Source: Chromera velia (lineage: Eukaryota). From it: DNA of 53,957 bases. The number at the start of each line of letters is the position of its first letter. Position 1 is the stretch's first letter. Below the pieces are notes generated by a model, which searched no databases, was not told the origin of the DNA, and was given only the letters and a program-made list of their open reading frames with translations. Position numbers and translations under genes: made by a program. Positions 22,901 through 37,500 of this stretch are shown here, in pieces. The stretch is taken from assembly GCA_018398765.1 (NCBI GenBank), contig JAHBMJ010000209.1, positions 1 to 53,957 of the forward strand, written 5' to 3'.

Positions 22901-24462
22901 GCGCGAAGCTTGCAGAGATTGTAGCAATGTGTGCACCTTTCTTGTGACACAATCAGACTTTTGTTTGTGGATGTGGCTGTAACCCTTTTCTCTGCCTTCG
23001 TATCTGCAAGCCTGGATGTCCGACTGCATGGGACGACCTGAAAGTTTCCTTTCAGTGTCCCATGGGGGTTCGCTCATCCGCAGTGCGTCGTTGGTCTGAA
23101 AAGAAAACACACAACAGTAGATAAAAGCCACAAGACCCGCGTTTGCATTCGTGCACATCCGATCGATGCCTGCCCTGCGCAGCTGGGGAGACGAGCAGCC
23201 AACCGAACTTCAGGGGTCAGAGCAGATATACGACCCAGAACGGTGGCGGCATCACTGTGGGCATGCTGGTGAACGGCGAGAGGGAGATGGACATTTTCAT
23301 CGACACTCTGCAGACATACGAAGTCTGTCAGGTGGTGGAGACTGTTTTTGCTATTTGTGACTCTTCATCTTACTTTGTGAAGGACTCAGTGGCTGAGTAA
23401 GGAGATGGATATCGGATTGCAACCTGTCTGTAACCTTGATAGCCAAAGTACAATCACCCCGTTACGGTTCTTTTTCTCTGCGTGTCTTTTATGTGCATCC
23501 GCACGAGAGAGCTCGATTGGTTGGACTTGTTGATATTCAAGCCCCCTCTTGGCAAACATAAAGAGAGCATAACTGACTGATCGATCGCAGAGTCAATATA
23601 CATGCATGCATGCTTCCAGACTGTACATGCAAACACGGAAGTAAGAAAAATTCCTTCAATCTCCCCCATGCACGTGCAGGTCAACGGTCTGCTCTCCCAG
23701 ATCCCCGAGATGTTCGTCTTCTTCAACAGCCAGACTGAAGCCATGGTCGAACGCACCAACGCTTTCTTCTCAGAATACTCAAAACTCTACCCCTCGGACA
23801 CAAAGTTCAACGTTCGCCTGATGGGGTCTGACAAGAATGAGAACATTTTGAAACCGTTCAACTGGATGGTGGGTAATGCCACCAACCCCTACTTTCTCTT
23901 TCTTGAAAAAGACTTCAAGCTCATCGAACCCTGGACGTGTGTCACAGAACAGCTAGAGCTTGGTAAGACCTTGCTGTCCGAGAACAAGGCACAGGTTGTC
24001 AGATACAGACACCGACAACGACCAGGCCATCCTCTGTGGACCTACGAGACTTTGAACATGCTGGACATGAACAGACAACCGAACCTGCTCTGCACCGAAT
24101 TCTGGATGCTCCCTGACCCCGTCTCTGCCTACCCCGGAAAGTTTTGGAAGTGCGACGAGAACATTTCCCCCACCGCGCTTTGCGTGTCCTCGTTCGACTG
24201 TTGTCAAACGAACAATCCCCATCTGTTCCTGATTGACTGGTGGAAGAAGGAGTACATCCCCAAATTTGAAGAAGAGAGAAAAGCCAGGGCAGAGGGAAAC
24301 CCCCCCTCTTGTTGCGACCCAGATGACAACGTCGAGTTCTGGTTCAACTGGGCAGACGAGACCTGGAGGTCAGGCAAGTGGACAGTCGCCCTCCTGGAGG
24401 GACTCTTCAGGCATGAGGACCCGAAGTGGGGCGGCCCGCCCCCAGTGCAGCAGGGCATCTGA
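19975..24462 (+). CDS. Secreted HtrL/YibB(WlaTC)-like protein fused to a second GT-A-like glycosyltransferase domain
   Basis: Signal peptide MKVRHLLAGLAISALAAVA. Exons: 19975-20043, 20190-20867, 21141-21239, 21933-22205, 22526-22766, ~23011-23082, ~23183-23322, 23680-24462. HtrL-like motifs TLVSALFDLGR..RPFEEYL, YNPLVMSK..NPFHTDSFLFVDAG and GGVFGG..LMGTEE. The second domain has NENILKPFNWMV..PYFLFLEKDF (DxD-like). Confidence 0.75.
21265..21593. other. Assembly gap (N run) between poly-G tracts, intronic
   Basis: N characters. Confidence 0.99.
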
Positions 24463-25102
24463 GCAGCAAGGCGCCACAGGGGTCGGCCATGCTGCCCCGT
24501 CATTGGGGGGATGCCGGGTCTCCTCGATTGCCTTTGAAAGTCCGCGTCTTTCTCGAAAATGCAAAAAAAGAATATGAATTTTATGATGCTGCAGATGGGC
24601 GCTGTTCTACACGTCTATGGACCTGTCCATCACCTGAACCGTTGCATATGTATTTGCAAACGTACGTACACCAATTCGATGGCTTGACGGTTTGTATGCC
24701 GGAAGTTTTTTGGTAGTGAGAGTGTGTATCGATTCAACGCTCGTCACTGTTTGGGTAATGAAATTTTGCTCCTCTTCATCGTTGAGTATCAAATCGCTCG
24801 ATCTTGCTTTATAACAAAACGATTTGCAAATGACTCTTTAGAATATATACTAAATGCTAGTAGACTAAATACATAATAATCTGCACTTATTATTATAATC
24901 ATCATCATGATTATTTGAATTATTATTGATCGGTTTATAGGCAATCATGCAATGCATGAGTCTAGGAGATCACCATTATTATAATCGGTCTATAGGTTAT
25001 TATGCAATCCATGAGTCTAGGACCTAGTCTAGGACAATGCTTTATTACCTGTTTGCCAGACCTGCATGATATAGCGGGGGGAGGGGGCTTCTGACCCGGC
25101 TT
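24195..25102 (+). repeat. Donor copy of the 908-bp duplication
   Basis: Continuous with the gene's last exon and not flanked by the 23-bp repeat. Confidence 0.9.
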
Positions 25103-25569
25103 TATGCTAACAACTCTGAACACCCTGCACCTTGACTAGTCTTTACAGAGTAGTACTTCCTTATAGTAATGTGGAGACATAAAAAAGGAAAGTAACTAGG
25201 GCTTATAACTTAACTTCTAAGCTAGTCACAGGGTTTGTAAAACTGCTTAATTCTTATTGAAATTATCTGATAATGCCACTATATTGATTGCATTTCATAA
25301 TTATCCCATTCAGAAAAAAAAAAAAGCCACCTTCATAAAAACTTTTTAGTAGTACTGTATGTTAAAAGTCTAACATCAAATCAAATATAAAATGAACATT
25401 CATGAAACATAAAATCATTCATAAAAGTGAAATTAAGGTAAATAGTATAGTGCGTGCTCTTTCTTAATTCTCTCATTTTTAGAGTAAAACAGGATATATC
25501 TAACTGTCAAGTTCACTGCACCTTGGTGAAATCTAAAGGGCATAACTTTTTCTACCAGTATTTTCGATG

Positions 25570-28500
25570 TCACTTTGCAACATCTGTCCTTGTCATTGCC
25601 TCAAAGATTCCTGCAGAGTCTGTGAAGAGCTCTTTCACTTCCACTTCCTCCAGCATTTTGGAGAACAGCTGGAAGTCACAAAGCATTCCGAAGCCCCGCC
25701 CCCCCCTTCTATGATTTCCGATTGCCACCACATCTTCCTTGCACCCCCCTGCCGTCTGCCCAACCAGCTCTGCGTCCACAAAGAATTTCGTTACAGCCGG
25801 ACCACCACCGGGGGGAGAACCGAAGGTAACAGCCAAATGCCGCCATCCTGCTTCGGCTGACCCAATTTCATACCCACTAGGTACGTGCTCCCAGTGTCCC
25901 TCCTCCCCCTTCTCCCACGACTTTGCCTTCTCTGCCTTCACCTTCCTACCCCACCCCAGTGACTGCCTGTCCCCTCCTACGCCTATGTGATACCCTTTAA
26001 TCCCGCTCATCAACGACCTCCAGGGCGACTCTACATCTTTCGTGCCTCCCTTCTTCTTCCCCTTTGCCTTTTCCTTTGCTTCCTCTGCCTCGCCCTCGAG
26101 GGGAAGGAGGGGAAACCGGACCCACACGGTGACTGTCCACTGCCCAAAGCGGGACAATTTGATAGGGGGGTCCAACAGCAAGGAGGCATCGAGGAAGTAA
26201 GAGGGGCCAGGGAAGTTCATCCCGACACACAAAAGAGGGCGGTCTGCAAGGTCTGCGTCTGTTTTGTCCAGCATATACTGGGCAAAGGCGCAGGAGCCGA
26301 GAATGACGGGACCAAACCGGTCGTCGAATCCCTGCTTGCGGTAGAGGCCGATATGGGCCTCTGGGAGTGGAAGTGTGTGGAGAGTTCGGAAGTCATTCAT
26401 TTGGGGGGACTCTAGAAGTACTGCGGAGGCAAAAGTACGGGTGGCCCCGTAAAGCCGTTGTGCCTCTGTTTTGATCTTGGAGACTGCCCTCTCGTACCTC
26501 TCTGGGAATTTCGGATCAAAATCGTCCTTTGAGAGGTTCTCTTCGGGACTCTTCCGACGAAAGAACACACGGTAGTCGCACCGTGCAGTTCTGCAGATAT
26601 GGGGGGTGAAGGAAGTATGCACACAAAAATGCATGCATGCCTATCCGGACATGTACGGAGGGAGACATTCAGTTCATCCGTACGGACCAAACGTCAAGCC
26701 ATCGATGCAACCATGTCTTCAAAGCAGCAATTTCCCGTCTCCTTTGACTTACGCGCCAATGCAAAAAATGCAAAAACGACGAAGAGGACACACACTGACA
26801 TTCACATGAACCTCACACATTACTAGAAAAGCAGAGATTTGGATGAGAGAAAGGCAGGCATGCAGACATACGAAAGGACGGACCTGATTTTCAAAGCGTC
26901 TCTGAATCCAAACACAAACGGCTTGAGCATTTTCTGCCAAACAGAGGCAAATTCTTTCTGCTGCACCGCCTCAAACGCCTCTCTGTATCTGATGGCCACT
27001 TCCTGAGGACGCAGCGACAACTTCCAAACGCTGAGAGATGCGAAGGCCCCCCAAGGATTGTCACCCTTTGAGAGTCTGTTGCCAATGCAAACAAGGGACC
27101 CCATGGCCATCCAGGAAATCCGCCCGACCGGTTTTCCGTCAAAGTAGAAATGCTGACGGGAATTCCGACCCACCACGACGAGGTGATGCCACCCTGGGTC
27201 CTGAGTTGAGAGGGAGAAGTTAGGAAGGAAGAGACCCTGTCGTTTCTGTAAGAGCCGTCTCTGTGTCTCGGCCTCTGCTCCTGTAGAGAACTCGGAGGAT
27301 TCGTCTGCCGGGTGTTCCTCTTCCACGTGTTCATCCTCGTATTCTCTCTTCCTCTCTGGCCTCGAGGGGGATTCTTCCAAAACGTCTCTCCAGCCTCCGA
27401 GGGACCCTCCGTCAGCGCTCGCACAGATGGGCGCGTGGTTTTTGTCAGTCCAACAAAGGAAGTGGGGCGTCTTCTCGTCTGTCATTGGAAGACGAATCCA
27501 TGTCTCCAGAGACCAACAGTCGGGGTACCTGGCGGTCTCTCTGGGGGACGGTTTCTCGAAGGGATGTGGCTCTCTGTCGGGGGGTCGGCGTGTTTCTTTT
27601 CGCGTTGACTTGCCGACTGACAAAGCAACTGGAGGCTCTATTTTGATGTGCAGGTTAGAGTTCTTTGACCGCCGCGCTTCTGCGTGACTGGAAGTGACCA
27701 GGGCAGAGTGGGGGTCTTCCTCTTCGTCTGGACCCGGACAGGTGACAATATTGCCGGAAGGGGTGACTGTGAAGTCATCGGGGGTGACCGAGAGTTTTGT
27801 GTTCATACTTGAAAGAGCAAACGCGAGACGTCCACTAAGGGAGCGCGGCTCCATAGGAGGTCTGAGAGCTCGGAAGAGGTCAAAAACCAAAGCTGTGGGC
27901 ATGAAAACGTCGCTTGTCATTCTCTCCGTGTATCTCTCGTCATCCTTTTGCACCGAACCACCGAAATGGTCTTTCATCTCATTAACCTCTGGAAAGAAGA
28001 TCCGCATCTTTCGGACCACCTCCAAAGTCCTGTCCTCCCATCTGCGTGCGTCAAGAGCCTTGTTGTCCACCTCTGCGTACTTAATCAAGTCACTCACCTC
28101 AAATTTCTTCTGGGCCCCCTCAGTGCCTTTCTTGCTCATTGCCTGCGACTCACCCTCGTCGCTCCACTCTCCACTGGGCCTACCACCCGTCCTCTCCCAT
28201 TTGTCTTCGACGCCGAGCATCGCGCGGACCTGCACACATACACCGACAGGCTGTCTCTGCTACGCCTACACCAAAAGACAACAACCTGCTTCACCAGGCT
28301 CTATGAGAGGCAAGGCTACTATTGCACTATTCATCTGTCCCCTTGTTTCCTTTCTCTCTAGTGACACCTGGGAGAACGTTCACATTCCTCGTCACTGTTT
28401 GGCAAGGATACAGCACTCTCTTTCCCCCCCCCTGAGTGTTTATCCCTCTTGCATTGCCGATTGAAAAACCTGAAACTAAAGAATCCTAGAAAATGGACTA

Positions 28501-31500
28501 TAATACCAATCTGTCACAGTCCCACAAAATTTGCTGCAAAACTATTGTGTCTCTGCAGAATGTCCCCCTCCCCTCTCGGACTGTCATGCAGATGTCCTCC
28601 TCCTCTTCCGATATACTTTCTGCGCATGCAGCCGTCTGTCCGACCTACCTTGTCCTGTTCATCTGCCACCATGGCCTCCTCCAACGCCTTCAGGAATGCT
28701 TCCTCGTCTTTCTTCTTTTTCTCCATCTCCGCAATTTCCCTCTCCATGTCGCTGTCTGCAGGAAGGACGTGGCGGTCCTCTAACCACAACTTGATGTCAA
28801 GCGAGGGAGGCGCCCCCATGTCAGTCTCTAAAACCAAAAGCAGGGCAAGGTGGATACTCCACCGAAGCGCATCCTGCATTCACGTGCATGGACAGAGAAA
28901 ATGAACACAGCTGAACGAATGCGCATGAATGGTTTCCTGGACAGCTCGAACACACTCGCGAAGACCAAATGTCACACACCCTTCTGTCTATCTCACTTGC
29001 AGACATTCTCACACACCTGTTCTGGGTCCTCTCCTCTCGGCAATGGTGTCTTCTTCAGGTCCTCTCTGTCAATTCTTAAGTAACGAAAAAAGGTCAAACG
29101 ACGACAGTCACGCGCAACCCGGTTCCCCCACCGACGATAGGCCCTCTCTACACTCCCCCCGTCTCCGTCCTCTGAGACAGAGTCCGGGGTGTGGGTCTCG
29201 TCTTCTTCTCCCTCTACGCCCCCAACAGCCATCGTCATGAGTGCACCTGCCCGCCCGGCGTCTGCAGGAGAGAGGCCCGAAATAGCGTCACTGAGAGTCT
29301 CTCCGGGATCTAGACCGAGCTGTGCCTCTCTCAACCTTCCCGCCATTCTTTCCCGCTCCTCCTTTCGTTCCTTCCGACGCAACCACCTCTCCCGCTCCTC
29401 CTGTTTCTTGAAGTCTGCTGCAATTTTGTCCTTCTTTCCTCTCACGGAGACAACTAAATTGTCACGAAAATCCACAAACGCCTCCACAAATGCATTCGAA
29501 GATCCTCCGCCAAGTCCAAAAATTGGAACTTCCTCAGTGACGGGGTAACCCGACTCTTTCAGTTCCTTCAAAGCGGTTGTAGTCGACAGAGAAAGAAAGT
29601 CGTCAGGTCGCAGAGTCAGAAGAAGGAGTGCGTGGACTGCCTGCAGAAAGACCCGTGTATGCATTTACTTTCATACAGAGAGACACACACACATACATAC
29701 ATACATACATACATACACACATACATACATACATACACACATACATACATACATACATACATACATTGAAAGGGAATTCTGTATGGAAGAAAAAGGAGTG
29801 CGTGGACTGCCTGCAGAAAGAAAGACCAGGAAGGGAAGCAGCGAAACCGAAAAGATACAGGACCGATTTCACTGTCTCTGTCAACATATACACGTACCCA
29901 CACATAGACATTATTATGGAGATTCGCGCAGATTTATGCACACATGACATGATGAAGTGTTCGCAGCCAAACACAGAAAGCTGATTGGCCTCAGAGCCAC
30001 ACAGACAGTAAATGCCTGTGCAGAAAACAACGACACGCAAATTAAGAGAGAGAGACAAAAGCCTACATGCAGGGGGGGAGCAATTGAAAAAGAAAGAGAA
30101 GAAAATCCACAGACAAACGGACCATCGTAGGGTCTTCTGAGAGGTCTACTGCCTCTCGAAGAATTGTAAAGTCCTCTTCCCCCAACACCCTCATGCTGGC
30201 CTCTAGTCTTCTCTGCACAATGTCTGCTCGGGCCTTCTCCTTCAAAGACCTTTTCAGGTTATCCCGTCGTTGCTGTGACCTGAACGTTTGGGCTGCCTTC
30301 TTGTTTTCCATCTCTCGCAACCGACTGCAGAGAGGAAAATAAAACGTGAATGAAAGGAAAGAGAAGCATACTTATAACTTCTTTTTTTCTTTTCGACTCA
30401 TGAAAGAGAACCGCGCATTCAGATTGAGCAGTCATATGCATTCCTTTAAAGGAGCCCCGACTCCCACTGCGTGACCGAAGCAACATCACGTCTCCAATAC
30501 TGCTCCACGTAGAGCATACGAAACATTCGCGAGACCCATGCTATACTAATATCTATCAAATGAAGAGAACGGTTTCTACCGAACCCTTCCGCCGTTTTCC
30601 TTCTCTTCTCTTCTTTTCTTCCCAAAGCAGCTTCCCCCTCCCCCTGGCCGCCTCTGGCTCTTTCTACCCACCTCCTGTCCTTTTCCAGTTCGACCTCCTT
30701 GTCCTCTGGGGGCTCCACCAGGCGATCAAAGTCAAGCACCTTCAAGATCTTCGAGTTCTTCACTCGCTCCCACAACAAGTCTATCCACCTGATAGATGCG
30801 AGCATTTGACAAAGGGCGTCCATTGAGAGGTATGGAAGATTGAAGAAGGGCAACGGCGAGACTGTTTCAGTTCCAAGAAAAGGGAGTCCGAGTGAGTGTG
30901 TGTCTACTTGAGTTCGTGATCGAGAGAGCTGGAAGGATGCTAAGAAAGATTCTCAAATGACTTGCTACGGACAATAACATTTTGAGCAGAGAAATATAAC
31001 GAGAGAACGACGTCAAATTATCAAACATGAGAAAGAAAAACCGAGATAGAGCAAGAGAGAGAGGAACAGATAGAGAGAAGTCCGAAAAAATGATGAGGGT
31101 GATACAACAGGACCAGACCAAAAAGACACCACGACAAAGACAAAGGGACCCACCCAGCTTCCAATGCAAAGGCCCAACCAAACGCAAAGAAGGCCCAGAC
31201 ATGACCGATGATAGCCGCTGCCGTCATCAACTGCGCGCAAGAAGAAAGAGGGGGGGGCGCGGGGAAGTTAATCCAGGGGAAGCTTCCAACTTCAATCTTC
31301 AGCAGAAAAATGGACAGACAGCTTGCAAAACTCTGAAGAGGAGTGACTCTCCATGCCTACGCTTCCCTCCCTCCCTCCCTCCCTCCCAACTGACCTACCC
31401 GTGCCAGAGGAGCATCCCCCCCGATTTGCACCAGCAGTCCTGCGTACACCTGGAGCAGAACCGCAATCAGACTCGCCCTGCAATCACACACGGAACTCCC

Positions 31501-34500
31501 CAGAGGTAGACAAGAAAACTAAGTTCTTATTCAACTTTCTCAATCACTTGTCCCTGGATACTAGTTCGTCTGGGTGAAAGAAACCATTGGACATCAACCT
31601 CCATCGACCCCTCCTCGACTGACCCCTCGAGCCATCCCAGCATTTCGTTCCTCACGTGGGCATACGGATTGATTCTGCAAACAGACAGACCGAAAGAGGC
31701 CATATGTTGGAACATCAGAAACACAAAAGCATCGTGTCGTGGTATCTGACTGATGCCACGAAGAAACAGACAATCAATCTTTTGGAAGCAGAGGGGCATG
31801 CAAGAGAAAGCCGACGGTGACAGGCTTGCAGGAAGGATCTAGGTCTGCCCGCACAAACACACTGTTCTTTTCTTTCAAGCTGTCCGATTGAACATACAAT
31901 GAGATATCCGTCCTACCTTCTCACTACTTGCTGTGTTGTAGTGCAGAAAGATCATGACAGAGCTAGCACGATTGATCTTTTCTGGAGAAAAGTAAACATA
32001 CACCAGGGGCCTCACTTAAGTGTGGCAATCCAACACAGAGCGAGCACCAGTGCAGCGCTGATGCTCTGGAAGGAGTCGTTAGTGAATTGGGAGTTGCACA
32101 CCGCCACCACTGTCAATGCTCTTCCGATCTGAGCGAAGAACCAGAAAGAGCTCCATGGACTCCGAAAACCGTCAGTCACCCACCCAATAGCAACAGACTT
32201 TTGGGGATTGCCGAGTCGAGTACGGAGTCTGAAGGCTATCAGCAGACAGTGAACGAGAGGAAGACCAAAACAAAAGATTGCGACTCCAGCTGCACCCGCC
32301 GATGCTGCGCTGCTTTGGTCACTCTCCCCACAAATCTGCATCCATGCAAGTGGCACACAGATGCTTTGGAACAATTGTGTGTATGCACTGCGTCAAAGCT
32401 CAACCAAAAGACCGTTCAGATTCCTTATCTGCACCAGCACCATGGAACAGGCCGTAATCCCAAAGTAGATCCTCAAAGTCAAAAAGAGAAAGAGCATTCG
32501 GACATGTTGGGACCAGACCGACTGACCAGTTCAAAGTCTGCCACCAGATGGGAGAGCCCTGTGGACCAGAGACTTCGACACCGAAACGTCTGGAAGAAGG
32601 TAGCTGTAAAAACGGGAAGGAAAGAGTAATAAAGGACATTTAAGGCTCCGAGAAAAGAAAAAAGAAACTTCTCGTTGTCGCTGTTCTCGGCCCATGGTTC
32701 TGGTTTGTTCAATTCGTCTCGCATTTGGATAATCTCTTCACAAACTTTTTGACGAAATTTTCTTTCCCTGTAAGTCTCTTGCATCTTCGCCCGCTGCGCC
32801 TTTTTCTCCTTTCTTCTCGTCTTTTCGTCCACCTGATTCCTCCGAAATCTTCCTCCTACTTCTTCCCCGTCCTCCTCTTCACTTGTCTCCCTTTCGTCCT
32901 TGACCGCTACCTTTCCCTTTCCCCGGCCGCCCTTTTGACGACCCCCCCCACCCCATCCTTGGTATCTGTCTGCGTTTTTTGCGTCATCTTCCCCCGCTTT
33001 GCCCCCTTTCTTCTTTCCTTTCTTGTCCTGCCCCCCCTCCTTATCTTCCTCCCCCCCCCCATTGACATCTGGCCCTGTCTCCCTGTACTTCTGCCCCTGT
33101 TCAAGATAGGCCTCTAGGGACATCCCCAGCTCCTTTCTCATGTTCGCCTCCCTCTCTTCCACAAGCTCCCTCCGCTTCTCTAGGACAGAATCGAAAGGAG
33201 CCGGCGCCCTCGCGACGACCGCCCCAATCCCAGCCGCAAGCACCACCAGCAGCACAGGCATGCCGAGGGCCATGTAAACCAGAGGGGTGAACCGAGAGCT
33301 CCAGCCTGTAGATCCGGCCTGCGTGTGAAGAGACAGAGGGGAGAAGATGAAAACTCGGTCAACGAAAAACAGAGGAGCTCAGTGAAATGAAGACCAGCAT
33401 AACTAGAAATCTGAGAGACGCGAGAATTTCCTAACAGCGCAGGAGAAGAGGACCCCAAAATCCTAACACATAGCCGCCGACACCCTCACAAAGCGTTTTT
33501 TCTGCCTCAGGAGAGGACGACTTACCGAGAAGAAGCACTGCGACGATGTGAAGGCGGCAGCCCCAAGAGAAAGGAGACGAAACCACTCGACTCCGAAAGG
33601 CCAGCTGACTGCGAGCTCGCGGATAGCGAATGTCAGCATAAAGTAGCTCAGAAGTGCACGGACGATGGCAACGGGCCTGCTGAAGTTCTGCAGCCCCCTT
33701 CCTCTCATGGATAGAGTGGCCCACCACGCACAGGCCCCCCCCATACAAATGAAAAGGGGAAGAACCACATAGTCGAACGCGGTGCAAGAAGTACAGGCGG
33801 CATCGTTCCCCTCCAGCACAGGCTTCACCCACCCATCGTCGCACTGCAAGAAGAAAAGGAAGCAAAAACGTAAAAGGCACTGAGGAAAACGCTCCATCAT
33901 TTCTGCATAGAATAGGCGTGAGCCTTTTTGTCTCTCAAATGAAAAAAAAATACAAAATCTCCCCTCTGATTTTCACTTCTGCCTTGTTGCGCTTACTACT
34001 TACTCACCTGATTACACAACACCCCCTTGCTTCCCCCAGCACATGTCCCATTGGTCTCACATGCAGAGGGAGCGATGCATTTCTCTCGAAACTCTGCATT
34101 GAAACTCGCTCCACCCTCTGTCTGAAGGCTCCGAGTAGGCACACCCTCAGATTCATCGTCCTCCTCAAAGTACTCGGCATCCAAACCCGCCACTGTCCCT
34201 CCCTCCGTTCCAGTTGTCACTGTTGTTGCTGCCACAACGTTGATGCCGAACCGCGTGCACAGAGGATGAGGATTCGTAATCACTGTGCTTTCCTTCGTTC
34301 CTGTATCCCCTCTTGCAGCGTCGCCGTAGCAGAGCCCAATGAGGGACCACGCCCCTGTGTTGGCATCTGCCCTGGAGGTGTACGTGCAGTATTCACCTGG
34401 CAGACACTCCTTGCAGACGCCCGTAGTGCTTCGACGATAACCTGCATGCATGTGTTGGGTTGGGATCGAGGTGGAAAGGACAACTGTTGCAAGGCAGAGA

Positions 34501-37500
34501 AGAGGCAACAGATGCACTGGGAGTTCACTGCAGTGACAGACAGAAAGATCGTGCCCTGCATACTTGTGGACCAAGGGTGTTCTAAAATATGAAAGAAAAA
34601 GCATCTGTCTTGTATGAAAGTTTCATTCCTGCAGGTGACCAACCATCATAGCAGTAGCAGTCGTTCTCGAAAGTCGACCCCGTCCGATCTGTCCGAGCAA
34701 AGGGGCCGCATGACGTGCACGCATCTGTAGCCTCCAAGTCGCTCCACGTGCCCAGGGGGCAGTCCTGGCACTGGAATTCCTCCTGGGCGCCTGCCTCAGA
34801 CAGACGTCCTGCCCCACAGACTGCGCAGGTTTTGCTGTCAGCCTGCAAAAAGAGAATGCGAGAAGAAAGAAATTTCCGGTTAATGCGAGAAGAAGTCTTG
34901 CTTTTGTATGGCGTGTTTGCAAAAGGACACACGCATTCGAAGTGGCTTCTACAGAAAAAAAGTACAATCGACTGGGCAAACTCCTAGCACATCTACCAAT
35001 GCGGTCATGCGTGTCCCTAGAATGACAGTCTACTGACATTATAGAAATACCCAGGTTGGCACTCCTGGCAAGTCCCGAATGCGCTCGGCACCTCTCCGTC
35101 CGGGCAGACCTGGCCGCACCCGGCTGCAAACATTATCATGAGAGTCCAAGGGGGAGCTCATGAGTGGATTGGCTTGCTTTTTCATGGGCAGTGCAGGGAG
35201 AGAGAAAGACAAGCATTTGTCTTTGTTGGAACTTGTAGACCACAGACACGTTGCTTCAAGGCGGTGTTCCTCCTGACCGTTTGTTTGGATTGAAAGCGAG
35301 ACACTTGACTCAAGAACTAGATCTCAAAGACCACGCGCAAAGAGCAAAGTACTGACCGCCACGTTCTCCACAAGCCTCACAGGAGTCACCGCCACTGCTG
35401 GCGATGTATCCCATTCCGCAGGTCTGGCAGGGCTGTCCCGCGCCTGGACCGTAGAAGGGGGATGAGCACTTCTCGCAAGTGGCGGTTCTCGGATTCCTGC
35501 ACACACACACACACGCATTGAGACGGGAAGAAGAGCGTCTGTCTCATTGGCTTTGTACCAGCAACCTGACTCACCCACACTCACACCCACCCACCCACCC
35601 CCCACCCCCCATACACACGCTCACAGACAGAGGGGGAGAGAAATGTCCGTCTGCTTACGTATCACTTCTGCTCTTGCTCCCTCTTGAATCCGAAAGAAAA
35701 AGAGAAGAGAAGAGAAGAATTCCTGGAAGTCCAACCGACCATCCATATCCAACAGCGCAGAAGCATCTCTCCAAGTTCCCCCCGCCAAAGAACGCCCGTC
35801 CCTTCCCGTCTGTGTGCAGAGCCCCCGGAAGCAGGGCAGATGAGAACAGACAGTAGTTTGGGTGGCTACTGTCCTGGAGGTTTGAGGGTTTCTCTCCAAG
35901 GAGCAAGTGAGAGAGGGCGAGTGTCAAGTTCAAATCCAGAGTTGCGTTGTTCTCCTGTGCCTCATGCTTCTTTGCGAACGTGCGGTTGTAGGCCCAGTTG
36001 GTCGGGTCCACACCCACGTGGAGGGAGGCGGGGCTGGTCGGGTCACGTCGCAGGTCTACCCAGGGAATGAACCTGGTGGCGTTGGAGACGCTTCCTGCAT
36101 GGACACAGAGACAGAGAGAAATAAAAAAGAGGGCAGAAAAGGGTCGAAAAGGAGAAAGAGAAAGGAATAAAGTGACTAGAGATCTGGTGTTCTCTGGAGA
36201 GGAAAACCTGTCATTTTTTGTTCTCAGAAGCAGAGAGGGAATGAGCGGCCTTCGGAAAGAAAGCAAAGACTTAGAAAAGCCAGCATCGAAAAAACGGAGA
36301 ACGAAAACGTCGTAATCCCTCCATAGCCTAACCGTCCCTCCCACCTTTTGCCTTTGGAAGGAAGGAGAGATCCAAAAAAGAAAGACTTGAGGGCACGACC
36401 AGAGGTTCTCTCCCCTCTGTAGATTCGAACTCTAGTCCTGGCTCCGCCACTACAGAGGGAGACCCGAAACCGCGTCGAGAAGTGGATGGCAGCTCCACCT
36501 GTGTGTCTCGGAGAGAGAACACACTCAGGGCCGGGTGGAGGGTCGAGGGAGCATCCCCCCCTGTAGGCCACGGATTGAGGTCCGGACTTTCGGGTGGGTA
36601 CACAAGGAAGGGGTCTGTCTCTAGGGTTCCGAAGAAGGCAGTGTCGTGGAGGAGAAGCACAGAGAGGTAGCTGGCAGGTTGGAGACTCGACAGAAGTGCC
36701 TGCAGAGGCAAACCAAAGTGGGTGAAAAGAAAACGATACACACTTGCGCTTCCTTCAACTTCTCATTGAATTGGAGTTGGGCAGGCCGCATGAAGACAAA
36801 TGACCGGAGAAAGTGGTCGTCTGGGAATTTAGCGATGAAGAAAGTGAACGGGACGAGAGAAATGCCCGAATCAGCAGAGAAAGAATATGGGTACGTAGAA
36901 AAACAGAAAAGGCCTTCTGGTAGAGCAAAGTCTGACGTCGGCCATAAAGACGCCCTCCTAGTGCATTCGAATGAGAAAGAAAAGTTTGCAGACGCTTTGT
37001 TCCTTCCTTCCCTCCTTCCTTCCTTCCTTCCTTCACCCCTGCCGGCTCACATTGACGTCCTCCTTCAATTCCGTGTTGTTGTACAAGGAGAGTGTCGTCA
37101 GACTGCTCAATTTCGAAGTGACTGCGGCTGCATTGACACAAATAGAAGTGCCAAAAACATCACTTCTAGTTCTGCAAATGGAACGGATGAAGGAATGCGC
37201 AGAGAGCATCACCGAAGTGAAGAAAAGGATCTCTGTAAATTTCATCGAGAACACTTTTGGCTAAACTCTGAATGAAAACCATCTTTCACCACACGAGCAA
37301 CGAGGCAGTGTGGAAAAAAACACTGCAGAGGAAAGGGACAACGACGAATATGCAGGCGGATCCTCTCTGCAACTAGATGAAAGCGCTTCTTTCTGCGCAT
37401 GGGCGAACAAGAAAATAGACAAGCAAAGTGCGCAAAGAAACACGCATGCATGCTTGCAGAACTTTCAGCTGACTTGCAGGCAGGTTGAGGGTGGTGAGCG

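Noticed and set aside
27694..28464. 256-aa plus-strand ORF (also 15196-15801 and 43845-44528)
   Set aside because: Antisense to well-supported coding exons.
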